From: an uncultured bacterium
Lineage (GTDB): Bacteria; Auribacterota; JACPWU01
DNA length: 32,000 bases
NCBI GenBank assembly: GCA_964640155.1
Contig: CAZXEQ010000003.1
Coordinates: 314,189-346,188, forward strand
Direction: 5' to 3'
The notes beneath the pieces were generated by a model. That model searched no databases and had not been told where the DNA came from. It saw only the letters and a list, made by a program, of their open reading frames with translations. A program made the position numbers and the translations under genes. This document shows, in pieces, positions 29,096 through 32,000 of this stretch. Position 1 is the first letter of the stretch. Every line of letters begins with the position of its first letter.

Positions 29096-32000
29096 ATGAA
29101 GAAATATTTTTGCAAATTCATAACCATTCTTTTATCTCTTTTTCTCTTTTTTGATTTTACGACAAGAGAAGCACAACTTTTTGCTTCAGATTCTTCAGAT
29201 CGATTGAAAGCAGGAGAGATTTTAAAAGAGTCGATTGACTTTAAAATTTCTGACTTTCAAAAGGCACCTCCAGTAGCTATTCAAGGTATTCTCACGTCTT
29301 TTCTAAAGTATTTCTTTTTGCAATCTTATGAATATTCTATTTCCTTGCTCACGCACCGGCATATCTCGTTTCAAGGGATTCCTGTGCCTTCACTTTTTGA
29401 TGAGATGATGGAGACTTTATGGGAATTAATGAGAGAGCAGGAGTGGAAAGGTTTAGCTCGAAGATATATGAGAGAGCTCCGCTTGCGGTTAGTTGAGGAA
29501 CATCAAGGGGATGTTAAAAAGGTGCAAAAGGAGCTTTTGAGAAATATAGATATTTGGGAGGGGAATAAATTAAAACTCTCTCAGAAGAAAAAGGGCTTTG
29601 CTGTTCTTTTTGAAAGTATAGATGATGAAGAGGAAGAGAATTCAGGGCTCTCACAAAAAGAAAAGGATTTCTTTGCGCTTCTAAGGCAAGAGGCCTTAGG
29701 ACAAAAAGGGCCAGCAGCTCAGTTACTTCCAGAGCAACTAGAGAAAGTGATACATAGAAGTATGGCTCATGCGAAGACCGTTATGAAAATATTTGAAAGA
29801 TTTCTACAAAATCAAGTTGCACAGGTGAGGCCCATTTATGAAAGAGCAAAAGTAACTCATGACGAAGAAATAAAAGCTGGAGAGTTAATATTTGAGATTT
29901 TAGATTTTAGGCCTGATTTTAAGAGAGATCCTCCCGATTTTTCAGGTCAGAAATTTGCCGAAGAACTTTTTGAGAAAAAGATTAAAAATTTTGGAGGCCG
30001 TAAATATTTATTTGATCAGATTTTGTTTGAGCTGCGTAATTTAGATGATATGGATTCTAGGGCGTCATTAGTATTGATGCATGTTTTGGCCTGTTTTTTT
30101 AAAGAGGATTATTTATCGAAACAAGGGGGAGTGACTTTATCCAGGGAACAATTTGAAAGACTTTGGAGGATTTATCGTTCAATCGACTATGATTGTGCGG
30201 GAGTCGCCATGGGTTGCATTGCGCAAGTGATTTATGATCCAAGAATTAAAGTTGTAGGATTTACTCAAGATCAAATCCATTCACGGGCAAAAAAAGATTT
30301 TGAAATATTTTTAAAACGATTCATACACAATCCCAATCCGCGCACTTACAATCTATCTATTTATTGGTCACAGTATTTTTTGACTCAGGATTCTGAGTGG
30401 CTTGATGAAGTGATTGAAAAGATGAATTCTTTTGGTCGTCGGTCAGAAAAATTTAATCTAATTTTACGGGGATTATTGTCTAAGGTTTGTCAGGATGGAA
30501 AATTACGGGAAAATATTAATGAGTTTGCGAATAAATTTATTCAACCTTTAGATATTGCTGTATCCACCAATACTCCTGAAGATGCATGGAAAGCTATTTG
30601 GGGCACCACCGATCAACCCCATCTTGAAAATGCGAAAAAATTTCTAGAAACAGTTACTTCTTTAAGAGAGCTTTATCCTTATCAATTGACTTCGTCTGAT
30701 GCTACACCTCCACTTCAATTTGCTATTAAAAATGGTATTTATTTCCCAATTGGAGGAGGGCTTTATGTGACCCCGATAACTCAATCTTTTAGGCGACATA
30801 CTGTTTTTAAATTAACCAATAGTGGACAGGTTACTTTTGCTTTTGAAGTATTGATTCCTGGTGAAAATACTGATCGACGTCTGATTGCAACTGAACAAAG
30901 GTGGAAGGTTTCATCGGAGTTGCTCGAAAGCTTTCCTCTGCATAATTATTGTCCTACTCCTCTCGCAATGATGGATTTGCCAAAGGGTTCATACTCTCTT
31001 TATGGCCAGGAAATTGAATTTAGTTCTAAAACTCCTTTGTCGGTCATGGGATTTCAATATGGAGAACAAGAAGATGGGAAGCGCCTAGACTTTATAACAA
31101 GACCCATATTGGATGAAATTGCTAAAGAATCAGGTTGGGATTCAGATGCTTTGTCTTTTGAAGTTGCCAAACAAGTAACCGAACTTACCGCAGCAACTCA
31201 TGCTCTGGGGTATGTGGGGCATAATGGTAAATCTTCTGATCATCATACTGGAAACTTTAGATTGATTTTGACAGGAGATAGAGCTAGGCCCATCAAAATA
31301 AAGTTGGTTGGGGATTTTGAGGCTTTCACCAAAGTTAGTTATGAAGATCAGATTAATAAAATGGGGAATGATGTTAATAATATTGTTCCCAGACTTAGCC
31401 TAATTTTGGATATGGATGCAGAAAAACTTAAAAAGATGTTTGAAGAAGCTAGAGATTTACCCCATATACGTGAAGTTTCTGATAGAAAAAGAAAAGAATC
31501 GCTCAAAAATGATTTTCGAGCTCTTCTAGTAATAAATCCAGATAACAAGGATCATTTAGAAGAATTATTAGCTTCTGTAAATGTCCGTGATTGTGAGCAA
31601 TCTGTTCGAGAACAAAATAATGTAATAACTCTTGGTTTTTTCTTTGAGGATGAATTTTTAGATAAGCATGGAGGTCTTGTTTTATCTCAAGCCCAGTATG
31701 ATCGGTTATGGAAGATTTATAATGAAGCGGCAGTAGCTCCAGAATATGCGGCGATGATATTGGGATATATCTCTAAAGTTTTAAATGATGATAGGATCTC
31801 AATTGAAGGTCAGCCTGATAAGAAACAAGTTCGAAAAACATCTGCACAAAAGATAGTTTCTGCTTTAGAGATTACATCTCCTACAGATAATCCTAAACAG
31901 GCTTGGAAAGCTATTTTTGGAACAACTGATCAGCCTCATGTTCAAAACACTCAAAAGTTTATAGAAATGGCGACACTCTTAAGAAAAATTTTCCCTTATG
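29096..32000 (+). CDS. Large secreted protein, 3'-truncated by the window end (at least 968 aa), with a roughly 500-aa internal repeat unit containing a kinase-like core
   Basis: The ATG at 29096 is preceded by AGGGA. I translated it by eye with no stop codon through 32000. The ORF track reports no closed + strand ORF in this 2.9 kb. The N-terminus MKKYFCKFITILLSLFLFFDF is signal-like. Confidence 0.85.
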   Translation, partial: MKKYFCKFITILLSLFLFFDFTTREAQLFASDSSDRLKAGEILKESIDFKISDFQKAPPVAIQGILTSFLKYFFLQSYEYSISLLTHRHISFQGIPVPSLFDEMMETLWELMREQEWKGLARRYMRELRLRLVEEHQGDVKKVQKELLRNIDIWEGNKLKLSQKKKGFAVLFESIDDEEEENSGLSQKEKDFFALLRQEALGQKGPAAQLLPEQLEKVIHRSMAHAKTVMKIFERFLQNQVAQVRPIYERAKVTHDEEIKAGELIFEILDFRPDFKRDPPDFSGQKFAEELFEKKIKNFGGRKYLFDQILFELRNLDDMDSRASLVLMHVLACFFKEDYLSKQGGVTLSREQFERLWRIYRSIDYDCAGVAMGCIAQVIYDPRIKVVGFTQDQIHSRAKKDFEIFLKRFIHNPNPRTYNLSIYWSQYFLTQDSEWLDEVIEKMNSFGRRSEKFNLILRGLLSKVCQDGKLRENINEFANKFIQPLDIAVSTNTPEDAWKAIWGTTDQPHLENAKKFLETVTSLRELYPYQLTSSDATPPLQFAIKNGIYFPIGGGLYVTPITQSFRRHTVFKLTNSGQVTFAFEVLIPGENTDRRLIATEQRWKVSSELLESFPLHNYCPTPLAMMDLPKGSYSLYGQEIEFSSKTPLSVMGFQYGEQEDGKRLDFITRPILDEIAKESGWDSDALSFEVAKQVTELTAATHALGYVGHNGKSSDHHTGNFRLILTGDRARPIKIKLVGDFEAFTKVSYEDQINKMGNDVNNIVPRLSLILDMDAEKLKKMFEEARDLPHIREVSDRKRKESLKNDFRALLVINPDNKDHLEELLASVNVRDCEQSVREQNNVITLGFFFEDEFLDKHGGLVLSQAQYDRLWKIYNEAAVAPEYAAMILGYISKVLNDDRISIEGQPDKKQVRKTSAQKIVSALEITSPTDNPKQAWKAIFGTTDQPHVQNTQKFIEMATLLRKIFPY
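30091..30690 (+). repeat. Internal repeat of the downstream protein, copy 1
   Basis: FFKEDYLSKQGGVTLSREQFERLWRIYRS...AMGCIAQVIYDPRIKV and TNTPEDAWKAIWGTTDQPHLENAKKFLETVTSLRELYPY. Confidence 0.75.
30740..31330 (+). other. Protein-kinase-like fold core (motif-level call)
   Basis: A Gly-rich loop PIGGGLYV (GGG at 30752-30760) is followed 19 aa later by TVFKL (Lys at 30809-30811). A catalytic-loop-like HALGYVGHNGKSSDHHTGNFRL follows (D at 31238-31240, N at 31253-31255). Then comes a DFG-like IKLVGDFEAF (D at 31313-31315). Confidence 0.4.
31631..32000 (+). repeat. Internal repeat of the downstream protein, copy 2 (cut by the window end)
   Basis: FFFEDEFLDKHGGLVLSQAQYDRLWKIYNE...AMILGYISKVLNDDRISI and TDNPKQAWKAIFGTTDQPHVQNTQKFIEMATLLRKIFPY. 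DNA similarity to copy 1 is still visible around GC(A/T)TGGAAAGCTATTT. Confidence 0.75.

Noticed and set aside
1-32000. CRISPR arrays, tRNA or rRNA genes, transposases, integrases and phage genes
   Set aside because: I looked in all intergenic spacers and ORF translations. I found no direct-repeat/spacer periodicity, no tRNA T-loop or cloverleaf candidates and no DDE or tyrosine-recombinase motifs. A tRNAscan/Rfam run would be the definitive check.

Overview
This is an AT-rich bacterial chromosomal segment in two parts.

Part A (1-8937) is an ordinary housekeeping block. It holds the 3' end of dnaE, purB, a membrane-anchored protein with a proline-rich linker, the rph-rdgB pair and a double zinc-ribbon protein. 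It also holds a class I/II aminotransferase whose start overlaps the murI stop (ATGA), and an Amidase_3 cell-wall amidase. I recognised no rRNA, tRNA, CRISPR array, transposase or integrase.

Part B (9228-32000, more than 70% of the window) is the unusual part. One uninterrupted 19,761-nt ORF encodes 6,586 aa. After a 107-nt gap with no visible terminator comes a second signal-peptide ORF that is still open at the window end (at least 968 aa).

The giant protein is not a beta-rich adhesin type. It reads as mostly helical (TPR-like) scaffold carrying several enzyme-like modules:
- a possible Tiki/TraB/ChaN-like N-terminal domain;
- two winged-helix-like modules plus a class I SAM methyltransferase;
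- a clear RelA/SpoT-type HD ((p)ppGpp-hydrolase-like) domain;
- two degenerate zincin-like segments;
- a C-terminal pol-beta-type nucleotidyltransferase motif.

It also contains nested protein-level repeats: a roughly 1,080-aa super-repeat (2 copies), ten tandem roughly 120-aa modules of unrecognised family, and a 2 x 93-aa module. The downstream ORF carries a protein-kinase-like core inside a roughly 500-aa repeat unit.

I read this two-gene locus as a candidate undescribed secreted multi-enzyme system. All function calls are motif-level readings by eye and need HMM or structure confirmation. Smaller oddities are a 142-bp GC-rich structured element bounded by perfect 18-bp inverted repeats (3871-4012) and a GC-rich structured dnaE-purB spacer.
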